64,000 bases of DNA, taken from positions 5,644,564 to 5,708,563 of the forward strand of contig CAVNZM010000004.1 of NCBI GenBank assembly GCA_963693365.1. Reading direction: 5' to 3'. This DNA is from Amoebidium appalachense (taxonomy: Eukaryota > Protista > Ichthyosporea). A model generated the notes under the pieces. It was not told the origin of the DNA, did not search any database, and saw nothing but the letters and a program-made list of their open reading frames with translations. Each line of letters starts with the position of its first letter. Positions within the stretch are counted from its first letter, which is position 1. A program made the translations under genes and the position numbers. Positions 13,291 through 32,448 of the stretch are shown here, piece by piece.

Positions 13291-15603
13291 CCACACACCC
13301 TGCTATGCACCCTGCCTGGCCGTGCATTATAAGCACGGCCCTGTGCTCAGCCTACTGCTATGACCTTGCACACATGTTACAGCTCCATTCCCCTTGCCTT
13401 TTTCAGTTTCGCGTTTTTCTGGCATGCCTTTTGAAGGTTCTATGTGCTCTTGTATTGTGTTTGATACGTTATGTGCGCACACACGCTGTTCTTGTAGGGT
13501 CTGATTGATGCAACCAGAGCATCCCTATTGTCAGTCGGTCGGCAGGTAGTAGCATTGCATGGGGGGCATCTGCAGAGTGGATTGGTGGTGCCGGATTGGG
13601 CATGCTCTGTCGGTCTAGGTCACAAATGGGTGATCGCTGTTGCAGATGCCTACCTAAACAGGACAAATTGAACGAGTATGGCAGTATTTCTCAATGGAAC
13701 GTCCTTTGTATGTCGGTTGCCCAGAAGTGGCTGTCCCGTGTATGGTAAAACACACTCAATGAGCCCCCGTGACGTCACATTTGACGTCAATATGGCGTCA
13801 CATGGAGAAGGGCCGCCATACACCTGTGTCTGTGCCGTGTGTGCAGGGCCCCATGTTAGGCCTGCAGCGCTGGTGGCTACGGCTACGACTAGATGGCCTA
13901 CACACATGTGCATGCCCACACGTATAGCCGGTGGCCCCCTGACCCCCTCACCCCACGCACACAATGCCCCCCCCCACCCCCACCCCACCCCACCCCCGGG
14001 GGGGGCGGCATAGTATTACATCTGATTACCTAGCCGCTGCCTATGTAGAAGCCCCACCAGTGCACATTGAGGTAAAGGTGGTGTGCGTGTGCGTGTGTGG
14101 GTGGGGGGGAGGGCAGGGGGGGGATATTGATTGTTTAATTAATAGGGCTGTATGCACACGCACAGCTGAGAGCAGTGGGTTTTGGTGCCTTGGTCTACTG
14201 GGGGGCAGGGCAGGCTGACCGGCCACACGTGCACCTTGCATGGCTGGCTGCCAGTGGCTCTGCAGCCAACGGGCCAGCAGCAGCCAGCACCGTGCAAGCC
14301 TGTGTCTGGGGTGCCGCCGCACACATGCAGCAGCCATGGAGTATCTAGGGTGGAACAGGCTATGTAGCCAAGCCCGGTTGTGTGTAAAACATACACGTGC
14401 CATCAACATGGACGGGCTTAGCCTTACGGCATGATAGAAACTGCATGTGGAGAAAAACCTCATTGGAGGTGATACGTGGTGTGTGCAAGGGAGCACAGAT
14501 CATGATCATGCATGTAGGCCACACAGAATACATAGCAACTATTAGCATACCATAGCTATAGGCAACTTTGAGACCAAGATATGCAAGTGAAACTGGAGAG
14601 TGCATCCAATCGTGATTGGACATGTGCGTGTGCATGCACCGGGTACGTACACAACAAGAAGATTCCCGAGGGAGCGAAAGAAGGGGTTGAGGGGAAGACA
14701 GACAGTGAGAGAGATGGAGAGAGGGAGGGGGGGGGGGGGAGGGGGAGAGAGAGGGAGAGTACGAGTGTGTCACGCTGTGGCTGGTGGAGGCCATACCACT
14801 ATGTGCGCATGTAGGCTATTGCAGGTGTGTGTGTAAGGTGGCAGAGGGTGTGGTGGCTGTATGGTGCAATGCAGATAAGAGCAAGGAATGTTGTGTGTGC
14901 ACCCTATTAAACCAAACTAATTAGGCGGAATATCTAAGTTTACCCAGGTAACTAACATTAGTAGCTATGGAGGGGCCCGGGAGTGTTTCTGTGTGGAGGG
15001 CAGGCACAAGGTGGGGGGGGGTGGGCACGGTGGCAGCAGACCCACATTTAGGCCCAGCTAGCCGGCATGCACACAGTGGGTGCTGGTGGCGAAGCTATAA
15101 ATAGCTGGCTATAGCCATCAGCCTGCTTGTTGCTCACTGGGCGGTTCGCAGTTGTGGAATGCTGGCCACAGTGGTTGCATCTATGGCGTTTTCTTGGAGC
15201 AAGGGCAACACGGGGAAGAAAGCTCTCCGTGACTTTCATGTGGTGTTTTGGCCATGGATGCATTGCTGTGTTTTGGACGTATGTGTCTGTGACTGCGTGT
15301 GGTGTCTCTCGTGCATTTTTCCTGGTGAGTTTGCACGGGTCGGGGCCGGAACCAGTGGGGAAGAGTGTGTGTGCCATGCTCATTATCGTATGCTGTATAG
15401 TCGGGGGATTGTTATTACTGGTGGTGGTGGGGGAGGTTGGGGGGGAGGGTATGTGCGGCCACCATTTGAATGTCATAGAGTGGGATAGCTTTATGCCGCA
15501 GATCTGATATGCCAAAGACAGGTGTGGTTTCGGCCCACTTCCATCCCCCCCGGCTGCATGCCGCCCCCTGTGTGTGGCCTGTGGCCTACCGCCCCTCCAT
15601 GCC

Positions 15604-15668
15604 TCAGCCCGTGGCCGCCAGGTGGCAGCCCAGCAGCCTGTCCATATCCTGCCCTGCCTGTCACCACC

Positions 15669-15720
<52 letters not shown>

Positions 15721-16273
15721 ACACACACCCTCAGCAGCTGCAGGCACTCATCCATGCTGCTGCTTGCTGTCACCTCGCTGCTCTTTGGCCCGTCGACCTG
15801 CGCCTTCCCCCCGTCTGCAGGCACCTGTTCACTTTCCCTGGCCACCACATGCCCCGACACTGCACGTTCTTATGTCAGCCCCCCCCCCCCCCCCCCCCCC
15901 CCCCTTACCCCCCTCCCCCCGGACCTGGGTCTATCCCGTGGGCCTCAGCCAGGGCCGTCAGGTGCCGCACCTGGCCCTGCAGCTCCTGCACCAGCCCTGT
16001 GCATGCCCAGCCACTCAGCATCAATCCCCCCCCCCCTCCCCCCCCCGGCCCCACTCACGTGCGCTTGCAGCCACACTCTCGCTGTGTGTCTGCTGCAGCC
16101 TTGCCAGCTGGGCCTGACCCACCCGTCAGTATCCCCCTTCTGCCCCCCCTGCACGTGGCCTGTGTGTGCACCTGTGTGTCTGCCAGCTCCTGCTGTGTGT
16201 GCTCGTCCGCTGCAGCCCGGCTCTGTGTGTCCCGACCCCCTAGCCCCCTGCCTGGCCTCAGTCACTCCTTGCT

Positions 16274-16307
<34 letters not shown>

Positions 16308-17128
16308 CCACTCACCCGCTGGCAGGCACAACCTGCTGGGCCGCTGGCTGCTTGGCTCGGGCCGAGGGAGGGACAGGAGGGCGCAGGGCTGGCCTGTTGA
16401 AGCCGTCAGCACAGAGTGGGTGTCTGGCCGCACAGAAAACAAACACCACAACAAAAGTACACGGACAGCAACACACAGAACACAGGCGTGAGTACACGGA
16501 CAAACAGAACAAGCACTCACATACAGTAAGAATGCGCCCAACCGAGGACCCACAGAGCGAACACACAGAGGGACTCCCAGGACAAATACCCACGCAAGAA
16601 AACAAAAGCACAGACGGGACACAAGAAAAAACGTGCACACACAGGGACACACAATCACAAACAGTGACACAGGAACACGCAACACAACACCTGCACTTCA
16701 AACACAAACAAAGATCTAAACCCAGAACATACACAAACACACATAGACACAAAACGCGCACACGCACACAGACAAAGAGCAAACATACACACACACGGAT
16801 TCAATAGCTAAGACAAGCACACACACGAACACACCTGGGCACGCAGAATCAATATGCATCACAGGACACGTAGTGCACACGTCCAACTGCAGGGAGGTAC
16901 AGGATAAACACCCACACAGGGGCACACAAAACACATGCAAACACAGGAACACACAGAACAAACATGCAAATACCAGCACCCAGCAGGCTTCACACGTGCC
17001 TGTTGTCCCTTGCGTCCCGCCTGTCTCTGTGTGCGCGTGCCTCCACGGCAAGCACTGGTGCACGTCCCTCGGTGGGGGTGGGCCTGGCTCTCGTGCCTGC
17101 CTCTCTGGCCTGCGGTTGCGTCGGCACA
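15604..17128 (-). CDS. Hypothetical multi-exon coiled-coil protein (5' end uncertain)
   Basis: Phase-consistent exons ~16394-16316, 16247-16172, ~16113-16059, ~15996-15926, 15859-15729, 15648-15604 give ..DEHTQQELADTQAQLARLQQTHSESVAASARLVQELQGQVRHLTALAEAHGIDP..ECLQLLRDMDRLLGCHLAATG*; a possible upstream exon at ~17128-17004. Confidence 0.6.
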
Positions 17129-17262
17129 CCTGCCCGGGGGGCTCGTAGGCGTGACTGGGGTTGCATGGTGGGTGGCTGTGCGTAGTGAGGTGGGGTGGGG
17201 AGCAAGGCGGTGCACTGCTGGCCAAGGTGGGGGTCTGTGCCTATGGGCCGTGCATATGTACG

Positions 17263-17411
17263 CGTGTGTGGCCTACACCTGCATCTACGTGTGTGGCCTA
17301 CACCTGCATATACGTGTGTGGCCTACACCTGCATGTACATGTGTGGCCTACGCCTGCATGTACGTGTGTGGCCTACGCCTGCATATACGTGTGTGGCCTA
17401 CGCCTGCATAT
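17263..17411. repeat. 25-bp minisatellite, 6 copies
   Basis: CGTGTGTGGCCTAC(A/G)CCTGCAT(A/C/G)TA repeated at 25-nt period. Confidence 0.9.
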
Positions 17412-19213
17412 AAATATGTGGTTCTACACAGCAACGCCAAAATTTAGGCTAGGTATATACATGCACATGCGGCACGTGACTGTTATTATTATTGTTGGAG
17501 TGTAGCTAGGCATATACAGGCATATGGGGCACCTGATTATGCACCATAGTAGTATGTGTGCAGGCCAGCATATGGGGATATACAGTATGGGTGTGTGTGG
17601 CTTAAGAGGCTCTATGGGTGTGTGGCCTATGAATCGGCATTTAAGTGTGTGTCAGAACTCTCGGTGTACGTGCGTGTGTGAGCCTGGCACAGGCATATGC
17701 GTGCCTATTGTTGGCTACACGGTGCGGCGGAGACCAGGCACCAGCGGGCCCTTCTTGTATGTATGCGTGTCCTGCAAGATTGACTGTAGCTGACACTGGC
17801 ACTGCATGTGGAAGGAATGTACCATGTAGGCCTACTTGCATCACATCGTGGCCGACAGCTCAGGGAATACAGCAACACACGTAGCAGGGCACGGCTGTGT
17901 GCATGTCTTGGGTCCAGCCTTCACGGTGGCGCTTCTTTTCAGATATCACAGATCATGCGTACGCTCACATAGCCCACGAACTCACACATGATAGGCATAT
18001 GTCCGCGCAAAAGAGTGAACACACCACACAGTACTAATATTCCCTAATACATGAACCACCCGTCACCCGTTCCCACACAAATGCTTCGCATGGCACACGT
18101 ACACACATGCACATCCCACACACACCCACACCCTCACATCCACACACACCCACGCACGTCTACCTGCATGCTTACACGCCCGCGCACACTCACACCCAAG
18201 TACACCCAAGCACACGCACACCTGCATGCATGCACACACCCACACGAACATGTACGCCCCCCAGAGCACATATTCACATGGATCAAAACACACCAAACAC
18301 ATGCTGGGTACACAGTAACTAGAGACGGGCAAGCTGGTACCCTTTCCGTGTGCCTCGAGAAGGGCAAATGCAATCTCCCTCCCCCTTGCCCCCGCATGGC
18401 ACTTGAGGACCCAAGCACCCACTCAGTGCCGCCGACACACAGCCCCCAGAGCACATCAAAGCCCCTGCGCTGATGCGTGCACACATACACACGCACGGTG
18501 CACGCGCATGAGCACCCCCCCCCACCCCCCCCTCCCCCCGCCTTCCCAGACACACATTGTGTCACACATCCCCCCTAGTACACATAATTGCCCGTGTGTT
18601 GATCGTCAGTACACACACACGGACAAACATGTCGTACACGCACACACAGTACACAGGGTCATACATAGACTAGCCTCCTCCGTCAGCTCACAAAGCTGTT
18701 GTCGTGGCGTTTGTGCACCTTAGAGGCCAGCAGCACGACCCTCATATGTTGTGTGGTGGCGGGGCCAAAGCCTGCAAGGACAGAGCATACCGGTGCTGCC
18801 CCGTGCCAGGCCAACCTTGACAGTCACGGGACAACAGGCAGCCACAAGGTTGCCCACTGGCCACCCCAGCCTGTGGCTGGTGCTGTGTGCCGGCACGTAT
18901 GGTGCGCCCCAACACCCACCTGTGCCGGCCACCTGCCCTCACAGCTGTGTGCTGGCACCCCCGAGGTTCCTGGCCAAGCACCAACCCCGTCGATACACAC
19001 AGCCGGCTATTCTAGGCCACGCAGAAATACTGTAATAGCCTCACGGCCCCTTGCTTGGGCACGTCTGGTGCCAGGGGTATGTTGTTTTCGAAACCTTGCA
19101 TTCGTGCACTTCAAGACCACTAGTTATCGACACGCACTACGGAAATAGGAAGGACTACGTTGCCAGTGTCCACTTCTGCTCTGCAAGCCACTGCCGAGCC
19201 AGAGCTGCCTCAC

Positions 19214-19279
<66 letters not shown>

Positions 19280-19470
19280 ACACACACACTCACTAGCCTA
19301 TCCACCCGCCACTCCACACAACTAGGTCCGAAAAAATTGCCAACTATAACCCCCTGCCCTTCCCCCCTACCACTAAGGTGTCTTGCTGGACTCTCGGCCC
19401 CCGGCTACTCCATCTACAAGCCCTCACTCAATTCATCAGGGATCAATAACCCGAAAGGCAGGAAGGACTG

Positions 19471-19502
<32 letters not shown>

Positions 19503-19658
19503 ACCCCGCGGCCCCTTTGCCCCGAAGTGAGATCGTGAAGGGCTTGCGGATCATCATTTCCCCCCCTCGAGCTCCTCAACCACGCTAGGAGCGGCAGGGA
19601 CTGCTGGTATCTCCTCCCCCCCCTCCCTCCCCCCATGGCTTGCAGGACAGTGGCCGCC

Positions 19659-20129
19659 CTACGCCTGGAACGACTTGCTGACGTTCATCTCGTCCAGGAG
19701 CTCGCGCAGCACGTGGTCGTCTATGCGGTCGCGCGTGCAGCCGTCCACGTCCACGCGCGTGTCCAGGCTGGGCAGCAGATACTTGGCCTCCTCCTCCTGC
19801 TCGGGGCACAGGTTGGCCAGGCACGCCACCTCCCACTCGGCCAGCAGGCCCTTGTTTTCCAGCAGCCGGCGCACGTCGCGCGCGGCGTCCTTTGTCTTGA
19901 AGTTTGCGAACTTCTGGCAGTAGGCCAGCGTCTTCTGGAACAACTCGCTGGCCGTGCGGTCCAGCATGTCCTCATCGGCCGCCTCGGCCTCGCGCTGCCC
20001 CTCGAGGATGAAAAACACCTCGGCGTTGAACAGCGGCTTGGCCCTACCGCCCCCAAAGTCCTCGCCAAACTTGAGCTCGGCCGCGTCCTCCGCCTCCGCC
20101 AGCCGCCGTGCTGCCTCTGCCGACGCCAT
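19659..20129 (-). CDS. RPB4: RNA polymerase II subunit RPB4 (intronless)
   Basis: 156-aa ORF: EDAAELKFGEDF..LFNAEV..FQKTLAYCQKF..EVACLANLCPEQEEEAKYLLPSL, matching the RPB4/POLR2D pattern. Confidence 0.93.
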   Translation of the reverse strand: MASAEAARRLAEAEDAAELKFGEDFGGGRAKPLFNAEVFFILEGQREAEAADEDMLDRTASELFQKTLAYCQKFANFKTKDAARDVRRLLENKGLLAEWEVACLANLCPEQEEEAKYLLPSLDTRVDVDGCTRDRIDDHVLRELLDEMNVSKSFQA

Positions 20130-21213
20130 GGTTTGTTTGGCCTAGTGCGACTGAGCCGCTTGGTGCTAACGTTACATGCCAAGTTTGTTGCAAAACGAGA
20201 GTCTGTGTGCGCTTACGTAAGACGCTGCGGTGCGCACCAATAATTTAGCTTGGAAGCCTTGGCTTAGCCCTACAATAGAGCCTGCCTCAGACAGTGTTGG
20301 CTATGGCCTACACAGGCGAGAGGCATGTGGTGTCAAGGAAAAGCACTTTCTATTCTGCGAGTTTCTTCTGTATGTAAAACCGCACTGGTATATTCACTAC
20401 TTTTACGGCTGAAAAAGCTTCTTGGCCTTATCGGCCTCACCTCTCAGGCCTAGTGGGCAAGCTGCCGTCTGGTCGACACCGGGTCAGGCTGATTGAGCTG
20501 CCAGGGGCCTGTAGCGTGTGCGGTACTTTGTCTGCCCACAAGCCACTTGCCCTGAAGCCCCCCGCATGCAGGAGCAGCGTCAACTCGAAGGGTTCGTAAA
20601 CATGGTGGAAAAACTCCCGTATCCTCTTTGACACACTCATGCATACACACACACAGTCGTACACGCAGGCATGACCACACTCGTTCGTAAACAAAATACG
20701 GGATGCAAAAGCGGTACACACGTGCGAAATACACACAGGCCCGTTTGGAGGTTCCCTTGCGCACGCACACACGCATGCACACACACACGCATGCACGCAC
20801 ACACACACACACGCATGCACACACACGCACACACACACACACACACACACGGGCGCGCGCACTCACACCCATACACAACCACACACGCACACGCACACGC
20901 ACACGCACAAAAAACGCACACGCACACGCACCCCCTCCCTTCGCCCCCAACACACACGCACAAAGACAAAAATTAACAGCCAGGTTTGTGCATGCACCCC
21001 TACACACCCACGTCCGTTCAACGTAGAGCAAACGGAGGAAGGAAGGGGCAAGGGAAGGGAAGAGGGTGGACGGGAGGATGGGAGAGTGGAGGAGGTAAGG
21101 AAGAGAAAATGGGTTGGTTGAACTCGTGGGTGGGTGGGCTATTGAGCAGGTTGTGGAGGGGGGGGGGGGGGGGGGGGGAAGAGAGAGAGGGAGGGGGGAA
21201 GAGAAAGGGAGAG

Positions 21214-21247
<34 letters not shown>

Positions 21248-22421
21248 TGTGTGTGTGTGTGTGTGTGATAAAGAGACGGAAGAGATAGATGGAGATAGAG
21301 ATGGACAGAGAGACACGGGCAAGGGTGTGAAAGCCTAAAAGCCTTCATTCCACCTAGCCACATTTCGAAAGGCAGGCACACCGTGCACGGACGGACACGT
21401 ACAACCACACACATACTGGCGTGCAACTCACGAGCTTGACATAAGAACTGTGTCCGGACACAGGCAAATATAGACACACACACGCGCTTATCCGTACACA
21501 GACACACACACCCACACACACCATACTTGCAAATACATACACGCATCACACATCACACCCAGTTACACGTGCACTATGTGCATGCCCATACCCATAGACA
21601 AGCACACACAGAGTCGACACAGTGCACGCAAGCACACATGCAGGTACACACAATCTGCTTGTGTAAAATGCTGTGCGCATAACACACCCATACCAACTCA
21701 CACTTATGGTCTCACATGTACCCGTGCACACCGACTCACTCAAACACACACACCACCATACACAACATCGTTCACCCACCCACACTATTATCCACGCTCA
21801 CACATGTCTGCCTGCCAACATGTGCACACGCGCGCACGGAAGCACGCACACACACACACACACACGAACACACGTACACACATACACACACACACAAACA
21901 CCAACCACACTGCTATGTCTACACTTGCACTTGTCTGCCTGCCAACCAGAACGTGCACGTGCGCGCGCACACACACACACACACGCACACCCACACACAC
22001 ACACACCCATACACACACACAATATTGAAGACCTCAGCCACCGGGGCTTATACTTACACACCACCACCTACATCAATGTTCGTGCACCCCTGCAGGCCCC
22101 CATATTCGTGCACCCACCCTTAGGCACCTATAATTATTCGTGCACCCAGCCCATAGGCCTCCATATTCGTGCACCCACATACACATACAGGCACAGGCAA
22201 GCACAGTGCAGGCCCAGTACGCCTTGTCGGCAGCCTCGTTGGAGCTCGGCAGAGGAGGGAAGGCACGGGGTACGGCTGGGTTGCTTGGCGGCACAATAAA
22301 GGCCCAGGAGGAGGGCCGCTGGCGGCAGCCCCTCCTTGGCTCGTGTCAACACGTACGATTTGTGTCTGAGCGTGCTATGCAGGTACACAGCTTTGTGCAA
22401 GGGTAGGCAGCTGTGTAGTCG

Positions 22422-22653
22422 TGGCTGCAGGCACGTACAAGCAGCCATGTGGTGTGGCTGCAGGCACGTACAAGCAGCGATGTGGTGGGGCTGCAGGCAC
22501 GTACAAGCAGCCATTCGGTGTTGCTGCAGGCACCTACAAGCAGCCATGTGGCGTGGCTGCGTACAAGCAGCCATGTGGTGTGGCTGCAGGCACGTACAAG
22601 CAGCCATGTGCTGTGGCTGCAGGCACGTACAAGCAGCCAAGTGGTGTGGCTGC
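22422..22653. repeat. 33-bp minisatellite, ~7 copies
   Basis: TGGCTGCAGGCACGTACAAGCAGCCATGTGGTG tandem units. Confidence 0.9.
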
Positions 22654-23579
22654 AACTTATTTAAGGTGTATGCACTTGTTGCTGGAGGGAGTCGGTGAGC
22701 ACGCTGGTTGGCTGTCTAACCGTACGGTAAACGTGAGTGGATGCAGCATGAAAAGCCAGCTTAACGTGTGCTCTGTGTGTGTATTGTTGCAACTGCCGGT
22801 TATAGAGGCACCGTCGTGTCTGTGATCAGAGAAACCTAACTTGTGTACGTAGTGCCCGTGTGAGTGGCTGCACGAGCCCTAGCTGTGTCAAGAACTTTCG
22901 GTGGCAGAATTAGGCATAGTGTGACGTTGCACAAGCTTGGCAGCGGGGGCCTTTGTTCCTGGACCATGTCTCCTCGGGCTCTTTTGCAGAGCTTGGGCCG
23001 GTGACCGTGCCACTGGTGCAGCAAGCAGTGTAGGCAAGTGGGTTTTACACAAGCAAGCGGCTGGGATGCAAAATACACGGTGTGAGAGTTGGATATAAGA
23101 GCACACTCAAGCTAGCTATAGTTTGTCAAATGCACGTATGTGTGATGTTCCTTGAATGAGCGTACACTTCAGTACAACTGCGCGTATACGTGCAAGACTT
23201 GGATCGTATGTGGTGGCAGGCACACAAGTGTGCAGCGGGGTGTGACAAGAGAGACCCTACAGGCGCTGCAGTGTGAACGTATCGAGCGCCGCTGCTTGCT
23301 CCCCATAACACCAAGAGCGTGTTGAAGCCGTGGACAGAGAGTTGGCCGCCCGTATGCCGTGTGCTGGCCCACACCCTTTGTGGGTCTGCTGGACCACCAG
23401 GGCACTGTGCTGCTGGGCGGCAGCCTGCTGACATAGCCCCTGCTGCCTGCCAGCGCCCCAAAGGCACAGCCACAAAACACACCAACACCGGGCACATTCA
23501 TAGCAGTTTGGTTACTCATATATTTGTCTACATACAATTAACTACTTATGTTCACATTCGTTCCGCCCTTGGCCACCAC

Positions 23580-24548
23580 TTAGACTGCAGAGAGCTCTCT
23601 CTGCAGCACGGCAAACTCTCGCTTGTAGCGCAAATACAGGGTTATGCCACGCACAAAAGTGAACCAGCCAAACAAAACCATGACCCACACAAACCAGGCT
23701 GCATAGCGCGCATCGGGCGGGCTGGTGTCAGGCATGTGCTCATTGTTGCGCAGCAAGAAGGCCAGCTTGATCAGGCCCAGCCCAAAGCCCGACGTAGCGC
23801 CGCACTTGCCGGCGATGGTGCGGCTGAAGCAGTAGGCCAGCAGAAACCCCACCCAATTGAGGAAGAACGACAGGAAGAATGCCCCGCAGAACGTGAAGTC
23901 GTCCCCAAGCGCCAGGTCCAGCCCTGCCCCACACCGGTCAGCACCCAGCACCCCTGCACCACCCACCCTGTATGCCAGAAACGAGCACCCAACCCGCCTC
24001 GACACTCATTCTAAACCCCACAAAACCCACCATTCTTACATGCTGTCACAAGAGAGCACCCAGACTTCACTTCACACACTCTCCTTCCTCCCCACCCCAC
24101 TTACACCCCCTCGTCTCCCTCCCCCCCCTCCTACATCCGCCCCCCCTCCCCTGCCCCACGCACGCCTTCTATCCTGAAGGTTCCACACACGGCATGCCCC
24201 AAAAGAGCGCCCCAGGTTCCTCAGCAACCCACCTTGAACCACGGCTATTGTGCGGCCGCGGGGGCCCAGCGTGTCAGTCAACGTGTAGTCCTCGGGCAGG
24301 TTGGTGTCGTACTCGTCCTCGCCCTCGTGCTCCTTCTCGTACTCTTCGTACGTGGGCAACTTGGCCCCCGCCTCAGCAGCTGCGCCCCCGGCTGCCCCGG
24401 CCTCGCTGTATTCGGGCGGGGGCACGTCCGGCACAAAGAGAGGGGCGCTGGCCGTGTCCTCTGAAGCAGCCGTGGTTTCAGTGCCTGGTGCCTGCGCGGC
24501 CTCTTCCGATTCGTCCTGCGCTAGGCGGTGGTAACCCTGAGCTGCCAT
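23580..24548 (-). CDS. NDFIP: NEDD4-family interacting protein (NDFIP/Bsd2-like), 2 exons
   Basis: Exon 24548-24233 with PY motifs PPEY and LPTY; exon 23923-23580 LGDDFTFCGAFFLSFFLNWVGFLLAYCFSRTIAGKCGATSGFGLGLIK plus a third TM helix, matching the NDFIP membrane domain. Confidence 0.9.
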
Positions 24549-25283
24549 TCTAACGCGTGCCTCACACCCACAGTAGCCACCACGTTGGGATACAAAACCA
24601 CGCAAAGCTCTGGCGGCCGTGGACCTTTGCAGCCCTGGCAATGTAGCCTGGCACTCCGAAGAAAAGAATATAGTTGCTTGGTAATAGAGCCAGAAGCGTG
24701 AACAAAGCCCCGCAGCCAGATTGCTGAACTGGTGAGCGTGTATATTGGAGGGGGAAACTACAGCTCAAAGTTGTGCGGGTATGAATCCTAAGAAAAAAGT
24801 CACGTCAGCTGCGAACCCCAACACTGGTGAAGACAAAGCTTTGGCCGGGCAGGCTCCTTTATTAGCCGCCTATGACCTGTATCCAATCAGATAATGCGCT
24901 ACGTCTAGAAGTATCGCCCCTTGAATGAGGCTGTGGGCTAAGCCCGTCTAGGCCCATCGACGCTGCCAGGTTGTTATAAAGGTCTAGGCAAAGACTACAT
25001 TTTATCGAACAGATAAATAATTTTTTGTGTATAAAAGATCATTCAAGTACTATGCTGGATGTTGAGCCATGTACACGCACAAACACCACGGCTGTCCTGT
25101 GGTTCATCACGGCTCTTCAGGATCGTGACAGTGCGCCAATCAGCCTAATCCATTTATTATCTGTGCTATGCATGACGTCACGCATCCACAATTACATGAA
25201 TGTACAATCACTGGCAAGCTGGCACACACACAAGCACGTGTGCACACACACACACACCAGCAGGGAACTTAGGCAGGCAGAGG

Positions 25284-29747
<4,464 letters not shown>

Positions 29748-31078
29748 GGTTGCGGCCGCCCGATGGTGGGGGGGGGGGGCTAGCTCTTTGATGCAATTGT
29801 GATTATATGTACCCGTGATTTTATGCAATGGTGAAGGGGCTGGCCTGGGGTTGGTGGGTGGGTGGACTGTGGCGGCCGGTGGCCAGGTCCAGAATGAATG
29901 TGTGTGCGGTCTCAGGCTGGTGCGCATGTGTGTGCAGCTAACATGGAAGGGGCAGGACCCCAGCCCTGCTCTGGCGACGCGGGGTGCAATCATGCCCTCT
30001 GCGGCCAAGCACCGGGCATTGCCAAGCAAGCATTGCCCAATGTTGCATAGCCCCCCATCTCAGCCCCCTCCCCCTCCCCCCCTTTCTCCCCATACCATCA
30101 TCATATTATGTGTGCAGGCAGACATATGCACATGTGCACACTCAGGAACGTTCCCCACACACCGTGGGCCACCAGAGAGACAAACTTTTGCGCCAAATCT
30201 TTTTGCATTTTGCACCAAACAATGATGTTTTTTTTTGGGGGGGGGGGGGGGGGGGGGGGAGGGGGGAGGGGGGGGATAGATGGCCTTTCTCCTGAAGTTC
30301 AAAATTGATCAGCCTGTAAGACTCAAGAAACACATCACCAGAAGTGGTCCGAGTAAATAAAATGCAACAAGCACATCTGCATGTGTCTCTCTGTGTGTGT
30401 GTTGGGGGGGGGGGGGGGGATCAACCCCTTTTTGCCCTCCCCAAGTCCAAAACCGACCTGATTTGCAACTATGAAACACATCACTATAAAGAGAAAGAGT
30501 CCAGATAAACAAAAATGCAATGTGAACGTTTGCTTATGTCTGTCGCATGAAGTTGTGTGCCATTATTTAAAAAAAAAAAAAAGAGGATGCATCCGGCCAC
30601 GGTGCTTTCCTAAGCATCCACACTAAGTCGAAGTTATAAGCACGTGATTTGTGATGGTTTTGGCGAAGGTTGCTGCGGCAGGGTTCGTTTCAAAAACTTT
30701 GGGAAAAAACACAATATGGATACCGGGGAAACGGATTAAACAGCTCAGAGTATTGGCCATATGTGGATTCGAGTGATTTGGCTGGGATTCGATCTAGGAA
30801 ACACATGGGGCGACTCGCCTGAGCTGCTGATCGGCCTACCCGGCCGGGCATCATGAAATCCGGAGGCAGACCTGCTTGTGAATTGCTCCGCGCATTTAGA
30901 ATTCTCTGACATGTACCGCAGCAGCATGCAAAGCACAACGTCCCTAAGGGATTTTTGAAGTTGAAATGGGGAAGGGAAGGGGTCATTAATATCGACGGCC
31001 GCCCTGGTAGTAGCCCCCTTCCCCCCCCCCCCCCCCCCCCCCCCTTCCCCCCCCAGCACCCCCCTCTACCCTGGGTGG

Positions 31079-31116
<38 letters not shown>

Positions 31117-32411
31117 CCCTCCCCAAGGTAGCCGCAGGGGTGGGTCCCCCCGCCCTTCCGCCCCACACACACACACATGTACACACACACACACACACCC
31201 AATGGCATGCGCAAGATCATGGCCAGAGTCTCTTTTCGATCCACCAAAGTTGTACATGTATTTGTTACCTTTTTTTTTCTGAGGAATTCAAAGTTCAGTT
31301 TTGGTCACTGACACATATCCCCCCCCCCCCCCCCCCCCCCCCCCCCGCACACACACACACGGTGGCACATACACGCACACAGATTTCCCACCCCTTAGTG
31401 CTGGTGCTCTTCCTCTGCCGAATTCATTCTCATTGTGTGAAAGATAGCAAGGTCCTCTTTGTGATTTCCGCAGCAAATTTTTAAATGTGTAGGCATTATG
31501 CTCCGTGACATTTCCCAAGTAAACGACCCGACCCCCCCCCCCCCTCCCCTCCCCCTGCCCCCCCCGACCCCCCTCCCCCTGGCCCCTTCCGCTTCAATCA
31601 CCTCCTCCCCATCCCCCCTCCCTTGCCCTAGGTATAACATTTTCTAACGACCCCCTCCCCCCCCCCCCCCCCCCCCTCCCCCCCTCCCCCCCCCCCCCCC
31701 TCCCCCCCCCCCTCCCGCCCCGCCTCACTCGAATCCCCCCCCCCTTCACCCTGCTCGTTTACACAAGTAAATGCATATGCACATTGTCACACATGCGCAC
31801 GCAAGCACACACATAAAAACACGCGCACACACCCACACACCCACACACGCACACTTACAACGGTCAACTATTTCTTAGTTAGTATTGGGGGCAAAGTTAT
31901 CGTGCTAACCATGCAGTGTTCGTGTGCGTATCTGTGTGGCGGGGAATGTATTTGTGTGTGCCACGGTGTGGGTGAGTGTATCTGCATGTTCATGTCTGGT
32001 ATTCATCGCTGGTCAAAGTTTGTGCACCTCGTGTGCGTGTGTGGTACATGCGTGTGCAGGTACGTGTGAATTAAATACGTGTGGAAGTGTTGCTTTGTGT
32101 GCGCGTGCGGTGGGGCGACTAGAGACGAGTGCAAGGGGAGGAGGTGGGGGGGGAGGGGGAGTATGACCTTACGACATAGCCTGAGTTTCAGGTGACCCAA
32201 GAGTGACTTCTATTATTTAGCCTTAATCGTAAGTTACGTTTTGCGAAATTCAATGTATGTGGCGCTGCTAAATCATAGTACTATGTATATCATCGAAGTT
32301 CGGGTTATCTGATATAGTTAAATGATGGCAGCCTAGGGGGTGAGGTGGTGGGTCCCCCCTCCCCCCTCCCCCCTCCCCCTGCTAGCCGAAGGGGCGGGTG
32401 GGTTTTTTGTT

Positions 32412-32448
<37 letters not shown>

